The notes: generated by a model not told the origin, from the letters alone. A DNA stretch of 64,000 bases from Vicugna vicugna (GCA_013265495.1 MU058213.1:4340001-4404000); one strand, 5' to 3'. Counted from the stretch's first letter, positions 27,081 through 40,534 are shown. Numbers and translations: made by a program.

Positions 27081-28444
27081 TGACTGATTCTTAATTTAAA
27101 TTGCTCCCATAGTTTATTCTGGGGGTTGTCTTGCTTGTAAGAGTTCAAGGGAAAAGGTAGAAGGGGAGGATTACTGCTGTCCCTGGAAAGTCACAGGAGT
27201 GAAAGTGGGTTCAGATATGGAAACCTAGCATAACTGTCTGTAATGAAGAGGAACATGAAACTGTTTCTAGAAAGAGCAGGGACCGGTGAGCCTTGAATTT
27301 GAAATTGGTTATTTTGAGATTGAGAAGTAGATCTCTTTCCCTATTTCTTCTATACAAAGTTTTCTTTGTCTATATTCAGAAGTCAGGCCAGGAGTACAAG
27401 TGGCCTGCACTTTTCCTCCAAAAGAGAAAACCTGGGAGCTGATTCTGTAGGCAGAGACATGGTGGTGATGGTGTTGTGTGGGAGATGGGTGGGTAGATGT
27501 ACCTTCCACATGCTCCATGAGAAAACAAACACTTCTTCCACTTTTTGTTCTGCGTAAAACTGAGCACAAAAAGGAATAATCAAATATGCCTTCAAAGAAA
27601 TAACATTTTGTTTTTCATTCCTAGGTGAGCACCTCTAAAAATCATATTTGATCCCAATTGATGTTTAGATTCCTTAACATGTCAAGTCTATTAAAACAAA
27701 TATAATTCACCTGACACCTTTTTTTGTATTTATAAACCTCATATTTCTTTCCATGTAGACATCCACCAGTATTGATTGCCTACAGTTAACAGACTCCTTC
27801 ATGTATTTGTTGACACAGCATGAAGTACTTGATTAGCAAAAGACAGTGACTAGTCAAGCATACCATTTCTAGAATCCTACAAAGATACATCCCAATCTGA
27901 AAAGAAAACCTACGTAAGAGAATTTTCTAAAATGTTTTCTTATGAATGATTGGCTTTCAGTCTAAATGGAAATTCAGTTTTCCTTAGTATGTCTGTAAAA
28001 GCTTCAAGTTCGAACAGATAAAATAAAGCAAGCATGGTCTGTGGCTCCTCTCATGCTTTACTATTTATACATAATACTTAACTGTTTGTGGGTAGTGATT
28101 GATACAAGTTAATCTTTTGTCATGTTCACACTTGGAAAATTAACAGATGACAAGACCTCTGCATCTAACAAAAGAGGATCAATTCTAAAGATAGTGAATA
28201 GGATTTAGGGGTGAGCTGAGAGTTCACCATTTAAAAGAAATGTACTTCTTCTATAGTATATCACTACTTAGTTGACAGCAAACTTAGAAAAACTCATTTT
28301 TCTACAAGAGGAGCATGATTTCCTAAGGACTCTTGTATGAGAAACTTAACTGTTCATCCATTTCTGATAACTTTTCAGCAAATCTCCACTTTCCGTGGGT
28401 TGACCTAACCTGAAGGTAGTTTGATATAGGGTAATGGATAACTA

Positions 28445-29050
28445 TGGTCAACTCTCACTCTAGGTAGTGTTGTTCTATAAAATCACCACAGACTAGATTA
28501 ACAAATACTGGGCCATTGCTCTTAGTAGAAATAAAGGATTAGGTTCCTGCAAGCCTCTAGTCAAATCATTTTCATTAACTGATCAATATATAACTTTGTT
28601 TTATGTATTTTTCTGTGTAAAGAATTCTTATTTAGTGTATTTTGATTCATTAACATTGGATGCATGGTAAACAACACTGTAACTCATGCCTGAAACCAAG
28701 CATATCTAACACATATTTTCGCCATAAGGCACATCACAACTTTCTTGTGCTCAGAAACACTGAACAGCGCTTAATGCTTGGGATCCATTTTTAGCAGTGA
28801 AATCACCAACAAAAAAGGCCAAAAATCCAATAAACATGGCACTTAAACAGTTCGCAAGAACATTTGTTTATGAGAGCTGAAGCTGGGAGGCCTTGTTTAG
28901 CCTAAGTGGGAATGTGCATGTTGGATGTTACCAATTTTTGCTTCTCTGTGCATGTCCGTGAATGACCAGAAAGCCCAACCAGTATACAAATAAATTTTAT
29001 TAAGTAGGCAAATTTGCAAACACAGAATCCATGAATAATAAGAATCAGCA
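28445..29050 (-). mobile_element. MER82-like TcMar-Tigger element, near full length
   Basis: Colinear with the recalled MER82 reverse complement: 'ttaggttcctgcaagcctct', 'gtaactcatgcctgaa', 'cagtgaaatcaccaacaaaaa', 'agtaggcaaatttgcaaacacagaatccatgaataataagaatca'. Confidence 0.88.
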
Positions 29051-30069
29051 GAATTGAATGATCCTTGGGTACCTGTGCAGAGAGAGGAAGGAAGCTAAAA
29101 GATGTTACTTCTCTTCTGTGCTTGCAGCTTCCTCTTCTCTCCTTATGTGGTTGATCCCACAAGCAAACTCAGAATCAGATAACTTTTCATGAGGGTCCAT
29201 TTGGTAAAGGCTTGTTGATGCAGGCTGCTCATGTATGTGGTAATGCATCAGTCTCCCTCATTTTGAGGAGTAGATGGGCTATTGACCTTTCTTGAGGAAA
29301 AAATGCTTTTGTTATTAGTGATGAAATTCCTATAAGGATTGACTCTTGCTTCAAGTTATAATAAACTAAAATTCTGACTTTATACAAATAATTACATAAA
29401 TTTTTTTCATTCTCCCCTCAGAATATTAATAACTGAAACTTTAACTAAAACCTAAATATAGGACTTAACGTTTATTTTTTTCCCAGATCATTTATTTATT
29501 TTTTTAAAAAATTCATGTTGTGAGTTTATACTCACTTCTCTAAATTTTAGAGAAATTCAGAAATTCATTTTGATCCTTAAACTGTTAGCTAGACTAATAA
29601 ACCATGTGTTGTTTTAGAGGACTGTTTTCTTCTGTTCATTGAACCTGTTTTGTCTTTATTATTTTGTGTCTAGGAGATAGATCCTAGTCAAATAATATAA
29701 ATATCGCTCATATTTCAGGAAATCCTTCTGTCTGAGATGTATGATCTTTAGAAAAGCATTATTATATTGACATTTATTATTTTGAGGGAACAAAAATAGA
29801 TACAACAACAACAAAACTCATGGTGCAAAATATTTGGAGAACATTTAATTATACAAAGTTAAATAGGCTTCCTTAGTATAGGACTTCTTACTACTCATGT
29901 ACATTTTTATCTCCTAGAGGAACTCTAGTATTACATATACTACATAAATACACTGCAGGTGTTACTAAATTTATAGGAACATGGAATTCTTTTTGAGCGA
30001 GAGATTGAGGGATCAGTGGCCTACGGAATAAACTTGGGAAAATGCTGGCTTTGATAGTCTCCCTTTGAG

Positions 30070-30230
30070 TCCTTCCCATAGATCTCATTTCTGCTCTTGA
30101 TATAAAACAAAATGAATCTATTTCCTCTTCTATATAACAGCTGAATATTTTTAAAAAGCTAAATATCACCCTAAATTTTTTATTTTATAGGTAAAATGTC
30201 CTCTACCCTTAGATGGATTCTTAATGATAC
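30070..30230 (-). mobile_element. CR1/L3 fragment (tentative)
   Basis: 'aaatgaatctatttcctcttctatataacagc...atatttttaaaaagc' resembles the reverse L3 3' region. Confidence 0.4.
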
Positions 30231-31214
30231 TTTTGTTTCTAGATCTCTTGCCAAAGCTATGCTATTTTATTCGACCTATTGGTATCACTTTCATTAGAGC
30301 ATAGGTTATTATGACAGTTTTTACTGCCTGCAGTGTCTAGTACAGTGCTTTGCATTATGCACTTAGTTAATATTTAGTAAAGTGAAATGAAGGTTTTTAT
30401 CATCTTAATTCTATTATATTATCTCCACAATAAGAAAAGGGAAATCAGTGATACATTAGATGTTTGAAATTTTGTAATGAGATCAGATAAGGTTTTCACT
30501 CTTACAGAAAGTACTCTTTGTGCCAAAAATTATGGCTTTACCAATACTGGATTTGTTTTAAGATTAAAATTAGTTTAAGATGTTTTCCTTTTAAAAATGA
30601 GAAACAAAATGAGATTATGGCAATTAACAAGCTAGATAAAGCATATTTGGCATCATGTTTATTAGATTTTTTCTCTAGGAAAATTCTTTTGGTAATTACT
30701 CCATAGTCGTTGTGTCATTATGAGATTAGTGAAATCTCTGAAAGATTTTAGCTTTTTTTTTAATTTTTAGAGTCTATACATTGTTTTCTACAAAGTATAG
30801 GTATTCACATCATCTAATTATGTAAAACATGACCTCTGAAATTTCATTTTAAAGAAAATTAAGTACCTAGAATGTAACTAAGTATTTTCCTGCAAGAAAC
30901 AGTAAACCATATGGGTTTAAAAAAGGCTACTTCATTATGATGTTACAACATTAAAATCCATTCAGAAAGGCAAGTATGGGTCAGTGTTTCCTGTTTTTCC
31001 CCAGAGTTATTTGTAGGAAATCATTCCTAGCAAACCTAATCTGGGTTGGATTAAGAAAAATGTTTCGTTTGTCATGTGAGTTACTGTTCTGCTCCATATT
31101 TTGCTCCTTTGAAGGAAACAGTAAAAGAGTGAAAAAAAAATGAAATGAGGAATTTGTTCAAGAGAGTTTTCTAGAGTATGCTCAAAATTCTCTACTTTGT
31201 AGTAAGAGGACGAG

Positions 31215-31370
31215 TGATGTACTAAGATCCCTTGCTCTGCCATTAACTGTTAACATTAGACAAGTCTTTTGACCTTTCTGGGCCTAGGTCGCTTCCTTTG
31301 TAAAATGAGGATGCACTTATTAGATCTTCTCCCAAGGTCCTTTTGAGCTAAAATATTTTGTCATTTTATG
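31215..31370 (+). mobile_element. MIR-family SINE
   Basis: Core 'gctctgccattaactg...caagtcttttgacctttctgggcct...tttgtaaaatgagg'. Confidence 0.75.
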
Positions 31371-34300
31371 TGTAATGATAATTGACTAACATAAAAATAA
31401 GTCTAAGATACTGACATATTTGAGATATGTCTTCTGAATTATTGGAAAAAAGATATAACTGAGATAATACTCTTAAAAATATTTTAAATGTATTTTATTA
31501 TGTTACTTATGGTGTCTATGGTAGCTGTCACATTAATTATTTTTGCTGACCAACTTTTTCTTGATTAATGAAAGCTCATTGTTTTAGTTGTCTTAAATCC
31601 CTTATTTATCAATTTTGTATTGAAGTTCTTATTATACAAGTATTCATAATCCTAGATCTCCACAGATAGGGATTGCATAAGCAAGCAAAAGTTTTCATGA
31701 CCAAGAGTATTCATCTACAAAATCATCTCCATTTAAACATATTCCCAGCTAGACTGTCTAGCCATGCCCATTGGGCCAGAATAGTTATTGGTTACTTTCT
31801 AGTAAAAAATACGGTTTAGTCTGAGCATAAAGAAAAATTGTAGAGAATGTGAAAAGTGTGATATTTCATAAAGCCTCTGAAAGGACCATTGGAGATCAGT
31901 TCCAGTTATATGCAAAGACTTGTAGGTGAGTTTCTGACGTGGATTAGTCAACAGTTATAGGGGAGAAATTTACCAAGAGAATTACTCCTTAGGTGCTTCA
32001 ATAAAGAGTGGTTTAGATATAAAAGAATTAAGAGGAACTATTGTGGAAAAATTACCTTTGTATAGACAATGTTCTGAAACCTAACTGGAAACTGAAGGGT
32101 ATTATTATACAGTGCCAACTAAATTATGGCCTCCCTGTCATTTTTGTTCATTCTCCTTGGAAGTAGCACATGGTTATAATAATAACTGAAATCTTGTGAA
32201 ATAAAGTGAAATAAATTCTTTTTCAATAATTTTTATTTTCAAATTAAAATCTTAATTAAACCCTTTTTTTTTACTAGTTACTTTGCACATTTGGTTCTGT
32301 TTTTAAATGTATTTATTAGGCAGATTTTTAATTCAATACCAGTCATCTTTGGGTATTGAGAATTCTGTAGGTTTGTAGCGAGAGAGGAGAATGATGTGTT
32401 TCTTTGCAGATGGGTATGCAGTACCATTTTTGATAATACCATTACAGAGCATTTGTTGAATATCTCTCTGCTTGTTGAGTGTTACAAATGTATGAAGTTG
32501 ATTTCTTTGCAGAGAGAGAGAACAGGAGAAACACTGATAAATAAATCAGGGCTACAGACAAGTAAGAGAGTAAAGCTCATGTGGGATGTGTAAATTTCTC
32601 AATTCAAATTTATTCTGTGCTGTATGAATTTTGAGATGTCCTTTTCATCCTGCCTGACTCGGCACTTAGTCCAAGTTGAAATTACACAATTCCATAGAAT
32701 TTTCCACATACAGTTTGAAAAAAAATACAAACCCTTGTGTTTCTGTATGTAAAACGAGGTTTTTTTAAAATGTAATCAGCTATTTGGACCTGTATATTTG
32801 AATGTAATGGGGAAATCATAAGAACTTTATAAGTAAGGAAGTCAAGTTTAGAGGTAATGCTTTCTTTACCCAATGTGGGTTTGTGTGTTTGACATAGATA
32901 TATTAGCAAGTTTTGACTCTTTTCCCTTGTATACATGATTTTATTTCCTTTTGCATGCAGTATCTGTTTTACTTTATTGTTCCTCCTGCTTCCTCCTTCC
33001 CCATCTTTTTTAATTTCCTTGAGGGTAAGTGAAGGCCAGGAAAGGTGCAAAGTCTAAAACTTGGACCCAAGTAGAGAACACTGGTAACATTCATTTTATT
33101 TGCTGGTGAGGAAGCAGAAGTAGGGTAATGAGAGACACAGCTTAGTTGCTAAACTTTGAGACTTAAATAAAAGACATGTATCCTAACAGTAAAAAAATTA
33201 AAATTTCTTCAGTAAATCTTCATAAAAGCAAAATTTTAAAGCACGTCTGCAGGATCACTGAAATGACAAAAGAATAGGAGGAAGGAGATGGTAGAATGAG
33301 TCTACTTTCATTTGCAGAAGAGTTTTTAACTCATAATTGGTCCAAGCTGATGTCTTTTTGAAGGGAAGGCCTTTTCCCTCTTTAAAGCAAAACTAAGGAA
33401 AATACTGTCTAATTTGCCGATTTATCTAAAAATAGCCCCAGGGCAAGTGAGAACTACCTGGCTACTGGGGTGTAGAGATAGGGCTGATGTGGTCAATCTA
33501 GTTCTAGAAAAAGTTGGAAGACCCTCTTAATTCTGGAAGATTGTTAACAAGCACTGTTTTGTATGGTAAGTCCTCAGATGTTCTTGATACTGTATTCCCT
33601 AAAACAGAATTTCTGGCAGTTTATGTGGCTTCATTTTTATTTAGTCATATTGCTATGAGTCTGAGAGCTGGGCAAGTAGAGCCACAAGTTTGTGCATTTT
33701 AAAGGTTTTAGGAGTTGGAAAACAATTAGGATCTTTCTTAAGGTAAAGGGGTTTAGGTTTGTGTTCGTTTTCTGCTGGACTCAGCCTGACACCATCAGTG
33801 TAGACACTATATAAAATGTTTAATAAAAATGTCATTCACCATGGTAGTCATTTTAACTTTTTAAAGTGATTAAATATGAAAGAAACCAACTGTATTTTGC
33901 CAGAGAATGCTCCCCCTTTCTCCCATCACCTTATTTCTTGTGTTCACAAAAGATAATTTTCTTTTCAGATATTTACAAGTGTCTGTAGGCTTTCTCTCAA
34001 GTTTTAAACAATTTTTAATTTCATGGGCTTCCAAGAGAATTGATTGTGTTTTGAGAGCTAACTATGAAAGTGAACCGGGAAAGTGCTTTCCTATATTTCT
34101 CCATGTAATTAACCCAGATTACAGAATGGTTCAACTTTGCTGGTAGAATGAGATTTATATGAAATGATGCTGTGATGTCTAAATTATTTCTAAATGTTTG
34201 CATTCTGCTGTTACATTTCAGGAAAGTATTTCCTTCCTTTTAAGCAGACGTCTTAGGAGGGGCAATATTTTTCTGAATTTTAATTTGCTTAGATAAAATA

Positions 34301-34699
34301 GAATACTTACATGGGTAATTTGTATAATGATTAGAATTAAAATATGAAAATCCCATAAAACATAAGATTATGGATAATCTGATGTTTAATATACTAAATT
34401 AATATATTCAATTACTGTTAATTTAGGTTTACAAGGGAAGAATTATTGCCCCTGCCTGGAAAACAATGCTAATAGGTGTTACACACTGAGATCTTTAACA
34501 TGTTCATAACTTGGAGTGTATTAGTTTTTCTTTTTAAGGAAAATATTTTTGTTCAGTTAGGACTATCAGAGAAATGGTAGTGGCTTTTCCATTTTATAAT
34601 ACTGTTTCTCCAGCTATTAAAATGTACAAGTGGAAACTATTACAGTTACTTTAATTCTTGTGTGCTGCACAGAGCTACAAGTGTGACTCTTGGGAATTA

Positions 34700-35077
34700 T
34701 TGCAGATTGGGTTCTGTGGGAATCCTGAGACAGAGTTTAGCTTACAGGATGTTCATTGAGATCAGTGTCTGTAAAAAGGAGCAGAACTAAGCAGTATGGG
34801 GCAGAGGGAAAAGCTGAGTTGTGATTCGGGCTCAGTGACATCCTTGACCCACTCTACTGTGTATTCAGTTGCTAGAGTGTCCTTTCAGATGTTGTCCTGA
34901 GTTGTCTAAGATTGCCAGGCTTTTAGTTTTGAATGGATCTGTTACAGGATTTGGGCTGCACAGAAAGCGGCATAGTCTTGGGCTAAGCTGCTCTCTCTAG
35001 CTTAGGTACTTCCAACAGCTAGGGTAATGAGTCCTTCATTAAGAGGACCTGAGTGGCATATTGCAGTATTCCCCACA
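34700..35077 (-). mobile_element. LTR16-family (ERVL) solo LTR
   Basis: 'gggttctgtgggaatcctgagacagagtttag', 'ggggcagagggaaaagctgagttgtgat', 'gttgtcctgagttg'; ends '...ccaca' (TG on minus strand). Confidence 0.8.
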
Positions 35078-35094
35078 GGAGAATCTGGTATAGT

Positions 35095-35170
35095 TTCTTC
35101 CTTCCTTCTTTCCTTCCCTCCCTTCCCCTCCTCAACCCTCCCCTTCCCTCCCCTCCTCTCCCTTCCCTTT
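35095..35170. repeat. Polypyrimidine simple repeat, (CCTT/CCCT)n-like
   Basis: Directly visible. Confidence 0.9.
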
Positions 35171-35949
35171 GTAGTTTCCTTTTTTCCTTTGGAATAAGTG
35201 TTTTACTTTTCGTTCTCCTCTGAGCAGGATAAGAGACTTGACTTACTTTTACTGCCTTAAAGAATTACTGAGAGTCTCTAAGAATAAATACTTTTTAAAA
35301 AATACTTGAGATCATTATATATAAGATGTTACAAATTTGTTTCTTTGTGAAACTTTATAATATTATGAGTAAAAAGAAAAATAATACATTTTTCTCTTTT
35401 GCATTTCCATATACATGATCTTTGTCCTCGTTGTCTTGAGGCATTTAATCTGCCTAGGGTGGGGTGGGCAGAGAAAAATTCTAAAAATTGACTTCTGATT
35501 TTAATTTATCCAGTAAGTTTATATTAAGTATATGTACCAGGCACTGTTATAGACTTCGGGAATACTACGATATCGCGGCAAGGAAATGGGCTTAAAAACT
35601 AGGCATTTTCAGTAAGACAGAGCCTTTCTAAAGTCCATCTTTTATCAAGAAATAAGCCTGAAGCACTGAAATTATAGGGTTTCTTCATAGTATAGAGAAT
35701 ATACCATAATACTGAGAAGTTTTTTAGGCTTTTCTTTTAATCAGAAGAAACTCTGTGCGTTTTTAAGTTCACTACCCAACTTTTAAATTACAAGTTTAAT
35801 GATTGCAAAGGATATAACTTGGATGTTTGGTATTGGTATTTAAAAATAAAGTGGTTACATTGCTCTTTTTAAATATATTCATTGAAATCTAAATCTCTTA
35901 GTTTGATACCTGCCATCATCTCTTAAAAAATTGTTAGATGCAAAAGGCT

Positions 35950-36450
35950 GGTCTTGGGCACAGAGTAAAGCACTCTGTTTCCTATGAAGAGACCACCTCT
36001 GTATTCTGGACTCTGTGGCTTCTTCCAGAAATTGACCCTGATGTCTTGCAGTAATGGAGCCCACATTACGTGGGTTACTGTCCCTGCCTACTGCTGGAGG
36101 ATTGACACTAGACCTTTTTCTCCCTCTTAGAGCTATTGGTAGTGCCTCACTGCTGTTGACACTTTTTCAGGTTACAGTGTTGTCACCCTAGTCTGATAGC
36201 CAACTCTGACTATGCCATTATGGCCCTTGAAACTAATCTGTGTCATGCATTCAGCTTACTAGACCATGTGAATCTTGATAATGGTATGCTTTTAATCTCC
36301 AAAGCCACTAATCAGTTGGCTGGTAGTTTGGGTATTCAGTAGACCTTCCACATTTGCAGTCATCCATGGGCATTATCCAGTATTGTTGAATGTTGGAATG
36401 GTCAAAAAAAGTTAACTCAAAACATTTTTGACCTTCTGTCACTTCCTCCT
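35950..36450 (+). pseudogene. pol: ERV pol integrase core remnant (ERVL type)
   Basis: Manual translation: 'CLTAVDTFSGY', 'AIMALETNLCHAFSLLDHVNLDNG...LGIQ*TFHICSHPWALSSIVECWNG'; D at 36277 and E at 36388 are 36 residues apart (canonical 35); stops and frameshifts present. Confidence 0.88.
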
Positions 36451-37549
36451 GGTTAATACATCTTAGTGAGTGGTTTGGTTACTGAATGGGGGTATCCTCA
36501 GAAAGGGATCATTTTCTTTTGGCTGCTTTCTAGATAGTGATCAGGATGAAAAGGGTAGGAGGTTATGCAGACCCATCATGAAAATTCCCAGACATGATGT
36601 TTTATAAATAACCTAATGGTAACCTCAGGGCAGCCTGGTTGGTATACCCTACAGGTGGCAGCCTACCTAAAAGGGTCTTAAGGGATTCAAAGTTAATTCT
36701 TGTTCAGCCACCTGGATTCTTTTGTTGGATTCTAGGGTCCTAGATTATAAGGATAATGACCATTTGGTCAAATACACTGATCACCAAGTCCCCCTATAGT
36801 GTCTCACATGGGTCTGAATGAGAGGGAATGTAATTGTTCTCTGCAATTCTTATTTTAAAAAACACTTGTTTCTCTTGTACTTGACTTCTCCAGATGAAGA
36901 GTCTGGATCTGAGGAGGAAATTATTAGCTAAAAGTTGAATTTATGGCTACTGGAATGGGACACATCGGTTTTTTTTTTTCCTCCTGGCTTCTAGGTGGGG
37001 AATATGTTAAGCCCTGAGGAGTAAACATGGGTGGGTGAGGGGGTCATTATCTTTCAGAACTGCCCCAGTGCTGAAGGGTACTTCCTCTAGAAGGAAAACT
37101 TCCAGTGCAGCTCTCATGAACTATGGCAAGTGCCTTGAATTTAACTGAGTGCTGGGTATGCTGTTCACCCCTAAATGGCTCTGATCATGATTTGATTGTC
37201 ATTTCTCTTAATCTTACTGAGAAGTCTATAGGAAACAGCATGGGATGGCCCCACTTCTGTACCTCCTCACAAAACACCTGTTAACACCTCCAGATGCCTT
37301 CTCTGCCCCCATTCTTGTAACCATTGCTCAGTCATTCCATGAAGTGACTGAATGCCATCTGGCTGATGTTCAGACAAACAGGACAGGTTGGACTGACTTT
37401 TCTTAAGCAGTTTCTCCGAAAAATAAGGACTAGACTCAAATATTCAAACTGAACTGGGAACCCTAAGGCACACTAGCCTGTTAAAAGGCCACATTTGATG
37501 TACTGTCAGCCTGTGCCCTTTGACTGATTTAGGTCTCTTTTATGTACCT

Positions 37550-38260
37550 CTGACAACTGTAAACAGTTCTTTCCAGGGTTACCTTAAGTACTCCTGGCAT
37601 TGTACTTCTTGTATGAAAGCCAGATATTAACTCAACTCCCTACCTGAAACATAGTGACTTGTACCATAAAGATGTTGTACGAGACCTTCAGGTATTTAAT
37701 GAAACCCCATATAGTTTTCGTATGACTGTAGAGTTCTCCAAAATTAGGCTAACCTTGATTACTTGGGGGAACTTCTTGGAGGGATGACTGATTGATTATT
37801 TATATGTACTCTGCAGGCAGTTATCTCTAGATTGGAGTTAGGATAGGTCTTATGAAATGGGTTCCTGCCTTTAGCTGAAGTGACCAGTGATACGAGCTCA
37901 TCTCTAGAAGGTATTTAGTTCAACCTCAAGTCACTGGCCGGGATTGTCATGGATGATAGAATTGCCTTAGATTTCTTTGTGAGCCAGGTGGATTACAAGG
38001 CAGAAACTGTATAATTGCTAATATATATTCCTATGCCTGGATTAATGGCCTGGGTGGAAAGATCATTTTAGACACATAAAACAGAAAGCCATTTGGATTT
38101 CTAAGGATATCCCTGATGGTTTATGGGATTTGTTTGGGTGATTTGGCCCAGGACCCTGGAGGACCTGGTGGAGGTCAGTACTGTAGAGTGATCTCATCTT
38201 GGTGCTTGAGTCCTGTTTATGTTTCCTTAGTTACACAATGCATAAGACAAATTAAATAGA
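37550..38260 (+). pseudogene. env: ERV env remnant (SU end and gamma-type TM)
   Basis: 'SLEGI*FNLKSLAGIVMDDRIALDFF' (ISD-like, 37925-37978), frameshifted 'CIIANIYSYAWIN' (decayed CX6CC), then 'KAIWISKDIPDGLWDLFG*FGPGPWRTWWRSVL'. Confidence 0.88.
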
Positions 38261-38372
38261 TTTGGCCTTTTCTTTGTTCGTCAGATTAATCAGCTTGGTT
38301 GATAGAGTGGAATGCTTTGGAAAAATTTGCCAGGAGCCCAAGACCATTAATGTAGAAAGAAGGAATACATAG

Positions 38373-38879
38373 TGTTGGAGGTAATTTTCTAAGGGCCTCT
38401 TACATTTCCGCATGTTTTGCAAGCAGAGGCACTGACTGACTTTGTTTTGATCTATCATTTTAAGGATGTGTGTGTAGTAAACAGCTTTGGAAAACAGAGT
38501 GTCTCTCTGGAGCAAAGGGCAGGTATGTTTACTGTTGAGTATAATAGAGATATTATCTCTTCAGAGCTAAGGACAGACTGACTCATCGCACACTACAAAA
38601 GATTTGGGCTCCCTAATAAGCTTCACTTGCTTCCTTGTAAATCCACTGTGTGTGTAGACACCCATTTGGGCTCATTTATGTCACTGCCATGAAATACGGG
38701 GGTCAGGGGAACTAATGCATATATGCTGTAAATCACACTACTTTTAGGATGTGACTCATAAGGTAGTTCGCCTCTGACTCAGGAGCCTCATGTCTTTTGC
38801 CTTCCTCCGTGAAAGTGGGACAGTCTACCTGTTAGCTTAAAAATAGGACAGAACGCCAAACTCGTCACAATTCTTCACA
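38373..38879 (+). mobile_element. LTR40-like 3' LTR
   Basis: TG...CA termini (tgttggagg ... ttcttcaca); 'gcagaggcactgactg', 'tctggagcaaagggcagg', 'ctctgactcaggagcctcatgtctt' match recalled LTR40; purine-rich tract 'agaaagaaggaa' just upstream. Confidence 0.85.
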
Positions 38880-38957
38880 TTGAGATTATTGGTGCTCTCT
38901 CTGGAGTGTCCATTTGGGGGCCCCATATCTCTATTTTAAATGATCCGTTAAATCAAA

Positions 38958-39865
38958 GATTAAAGACTTAAATGTAAGATCAGATACTATAAAATTCCTA
39001 GAGGAAAACAGGCAGAACACTCTTGAACATAAATCACAGCAAGATATTTTTTGAACCGGCTTCTAGAATGATGGAAATGAAAGCAAAAATAAACAAATGG
39101 GATCTAATTAAACTTGAAAGCTTTTTCACAGCTAAGGATACCATCAACAAAATGAAAAAACAACCTACAGAATGGGAGAAAATACTTGCAAATGATGCAA
39201 CCGACAAGGGACTAATTTCCAAAATATACAAACAGCTCATACACCTTAATATAAAAAAAAAACAAGCAGACCAATCAAAAAATGGGCAGAAGACCTAAAT
39301 AGACATCTCTCCAAAGAAGACAGATGGCCAGCATCACTAATTGTTAGAGAAATGCAAATCAAATCTACAGGATATCACCTCACACCAACCAGAATGATCA
39401 TCATTAAAAAGTCTGCAAATGATAAATGCTAGAGAGGGCGTGGAGAAAAAGGAACCCTTCTACACTGTTTGTGGGAATGTAAATTGGTGCAGCCAGTACA
39501 GAAGTTCCTTCAAAAACTAAAAATAGACTACCATATTATCCAGCAATCCCACTCCTGGGCATATACCTGGAGAAAAATATAATTCAAAAAGACACATGCA
39601 CCCCAGTGTTCACAGCAGCACTATTTACAAGACATGGAAGCAACCCAAAAGTTCATTGACAGATGACTGGATAAAGAAGTTGTGGTATATGTATACAATG
39701 GAATACTACTTAACCATAAAAAAGAATAAAATGCCATTTGCAGCAACATGGATGGACCTGGAGATTGTCATTCTAAGTGAAGTAAGCCAGAAAGAGAAAG
39801 AAAAATGCCATATGATATTACTTATATGTGCAATCTTTTTAAAAAAGAACACAGATGAACTATTT
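38958..39865 (+). mobile_element. Relatively young LINE-1, ORF2 C-terminal region and start of 3' UTR
   Basis: ORFs 39023-39298 'KAKINKWDLIKLESF...KQPTEWEKILAN' and 39596-39886 'WKQPK...DDWIKKLWY..TMEYY...MPFAATWMDLE'; frameshifted. Confidence 0.95.
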
Positions 39866-40065
39866 ATTTATAACTTATTTGATTGATTTCTTGAATATGT
39901 GTAAGCACATGACTGTCCTTTATGATTGGATTACCACATTCTGTTGATTCTTATTTTGTGCTTGGCTTTATTCCTTTGGTAACTATGTAAGTTTAACAAG
40001 CTAAAGCTCTACTCTGTTCTTAGCAACAATGAACAGTAAACATATGTAAATTTTTTTAAAAAGAT

Positions 40066-40240
40066 TTTTTTCTTCCAGTTTTACTGAGATATAATTGACT
40101 TACAGCACTATATAAGTTTAAGGTGTAAAGCATAATGATTTGACTTACATATATCATGAAATGATTGCCATAATAAGTTTAGTGAACATCCATCATCTTG
40201 TATAGATACAAAATAAAAGAAAAAGATACTTTTCCTTGTT
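40066..40240 (-). mobile_element. Short L1 3' end, same family as 18510-19740
   Basis: 'acagcactatataagtttaaggtgtaaagcataatgatttgacttacatata' closely matches 18540-18590. Confidence 0.85.
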
Positions 40241-40344
40241 AAAAAAAAAAAAAGATCCATTTGAATATTAACCAAAATGTCAAATTCGTATAACTTTCAC
40301 CCAGCAATGCCACTTAAGTGCATATACCTCTGGTACTTAGTCAA

Positions 40345-40534
40345 GACTGCTGCTCTCGCCCTTAGGGCCAAATCTGCCTCCCTGCCTATTTCTTGCCACA
40401 CTCATCTGTAATTGTCATTCATGGCTGCTTTTGTGCTACAAGACAGAGTTGGTAATTGCAACCGAGACCATACATGGCCCACGAAGTCGAAAATAATTAT
40501 CTGTCCCTTTAAGAAAAAGTGTATAGAGCCCTGC
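40345..40534 (-). mobile_element. MER58A-like hAT element inside an old L1 3' fragment (~40280-40700)
   Basis: 'gggccaaatctgcc...atggctgcttttgtgctacaagacagagttg...ttatctgtccctttaagaaaaagt...ccctg'. Confidence 0.8.

Noticed and set aside
37871..38200. Domesticated syncytin-like env gene
   Set aside because: Multiple in-frame stops, frameshifts and loss of the CC of CX6CC
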